Shown: in pieces, positions 34,401 to 36,212 of the stretch
How positions within the stretch are numbered: position 1 is the stretch's first letter
Layout of the letters: each line of letters begins with the position of its first letter
Notes under the pieces: generated by a model
Seen by the model: only the letters and a program-made list of their open reading frames with translations
Told to the model about the DNA's origin: nothing
Database searches by the model: none
Position numbers and translations under genes: made by a program
NCBI RefSeq assembly: GCF_006345805.1
Contig: NW_021829917.1
Location: 1-36,212 of the forward strand
DNA: 36,212 nt
Source of the DNA: Octopus sinensis
Taxonomy: Eukaryota
Direction: 5' to 3'

Positions 34401-35902
34401 GCCAGGAAAGAGCCTTCATTAGGAGTTGTGAAACGTTGGCGGTTTGGGATGAAGCAAGCTTGACTTTTGCCTGTAAATAAGCCAATTTCTAAATATTAAC
34501 CAAAAACAACAACCGAAGTGAAAAATGAAGAGTTTTTGTGAATTTCTGACAATAATTTAATGTTAGAAACACATTCATCGAGCCGTCCTAAATGAATGTA
34601 TGTTTCCACAATCCCTATTCGAGTTTTACAAATAAAACTCAACCAATGAAGGCTTCTGGGCTCTCATCCTCTGCCAACCGTTCATACAGCGACAATGCTT
34701 CAGAATTATCTCCGCAGGCAACATAGGTGTTTGCTAACTCGAGGAGACAAGGCCTCGATTTGGGTCGTAAAGTCAACATTTTTTCCAACGTTTGACGAGT
34801 GAATTGAGTCAGGAGTTTGTTCTTACAAGCAATTCGTCTAATTAGGGAACAAATGTTTGCTGTGAGTATTGCAGTGGTGGGTTCCCGTGTTTTGAGGGAA
34901 TTTGAAAGATTGGACAAAATCTCACCCACCTAGACTGACTATTCATAGACTTACTTGATTGGTTGATTTGTTACAAATGTGATGAACAAGAATCGTTAAA
35001 TGTGCAGAAATAGAACAACTGTCAATGTTTTTTATTATTCTAAATGGATAAATTGCTTTATTTTTACTTTTTTGAATAGTCAACTGCATCCTCCCATTTT
35101 CCTAGTCCTAGGAAGCAGTCTACGAGTCTGTGACTAGCAATTGGGTATTCTCTAGAATGACTCAAAAGAAATTCGTTGATAAGATTAAATGCTTCTTCAA
35201 TATTTCCCTCTTCTTGGAGAACTTTCGAAAGACCAATCACAGCATCGCACAACGAGTTATCAAGTCTAATTGATATGAAATTAAATATGAGATTCTTACT
35301 TTAAAGCTGATTTAAAACATTCCTTTGCTTTATTTTCGGTTTTTAAAATCCACCCTTTGAGAGAGTGTGGTAGAGGTGAGTCTTGATCAGCTTCGATGCT
35401 TTTATTTACAAAGGTGAGAGCTCGTGACAAATTTCCATCACAGTGAAAATGGAAAAAGCTCGCCATAAAAAATGCCTAATATATAAAAAATAAATTTTTG
35501 GAACTATCGAAGATGAATTTGTCTCGACTCGTTCAATTTCACTATTTAGGTCTTCTATTGCTTCCTTATCTTGAAAAATATTTTCATATTGTTTACCAAG
35601 CATAATGGCTTTTTTGTGACAAAAAAGTAGAGCGAGACAGCACGGAAGACCGCAGTTGGGCTTTCTTTTCAAGATTTCTAATTCTGATATGAGTTCTCGC
35701 GGAAACCGGTCAACTTTAAAGTTTAAATTGAAATAAAATACTTTCAATAAGTTTAGAAATAATTTTGGCGAATTTGACAAAATTATCATTTCTCAGATCA
35801 AAAGCTTCAACTTGAGCAAAATACGAATTTAAAAAAAAATAATTGATATGGCTCTACGTCTTGAGTAATAACATGGCTTACCACGGAAAGAGAGTCTAAC
35901 AT
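31432..35902 (-). CDS. TTC21B: TPR protein TTC21B/IFT139 (IFT-A), many ~25-30-nt introns
   Basis: Exons align along the length of IFT139: HINYFFLNSYF, CGLPCCLALLFCHK, LYIACYRKL..LLFGDAYM, WLERGWLLLG, AYEMAWK and SKARERLRD*. ATG at 35902, first intron 28 nt. Confidence 0.93.
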
Positions 35903-36212
35903 GTTACTAAGACGACACAAATGTTATTTAAACTTATTTTATCTATTTTTAATAAAAAATTCAGGCATTCAGTTATGTAAAAATTGTTTTTTTATCAACC
36001 ATGCTAAAATGATTTTAGGCCTAAAAGACAGTTTTTAGTTTATGATGAATAATTTTTGTTTTTTTAAGGCGGCAGAATCTCTCAATTAGTAATTTATTTT
36101 GGTTTCGAAAAATTTATTCAAATGTCAAACATAGTTATAAATTATGAATGTTATTTGTGCTAAAGGAATTTAAGAATCGATTAAAAATCAAAAAAGGTAA
36201 TTGAAACATTTC

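Noticed and set aside
35846-35874. In-frame TAG near the start of TTC21B (ATG TTA TTA CTC AAG ACG TAG), suggesting readthrough
   Set aside because: It lies within a 28-nt GT-AG intron; the upstream ATG at 35902 gives MLDSLSV|SHINY in frame.

Overview
AT-rich eukaryotic genomic DNA, not prokaryotic. Host genes carry ultra-short GT-AG introns (24-29 nt), use the standard code, and include both metazoan (par-6, a Myc-like bHLH-ZIP) and ciliary genes (RP2, TTC21B/IFT139). That combination most suggests a dicyemid mesozoan (inference). Bases ~1-21,400 are a nested transposon graveyard: APE-RT LINEs, two IR-DR Tc1 elements, hAT/Charlie derivatives, pogo/Tigger, Merlin ends and a CRE fragment. They also hold six same-orientation decayed copies of an unidentified, apparently spliced gene family. 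Bases ~21,400-36,212 are gene-dense (SLC7A6OS/Iwr1-like, RP2, par-6, Myc-like, TTC21B), with retroelements squeezed into tiny intergenic gaps. The best leads are the unidentified tandem gene family and a diverse LINE lineage with a conserved, unnamed C-terminal motif and 3' UTR motif. I see no convincing prokaryotic-type system such as CRISPR, a retron or a DGR. All alignments were done by eye, so coordinates may be off by a few bases.
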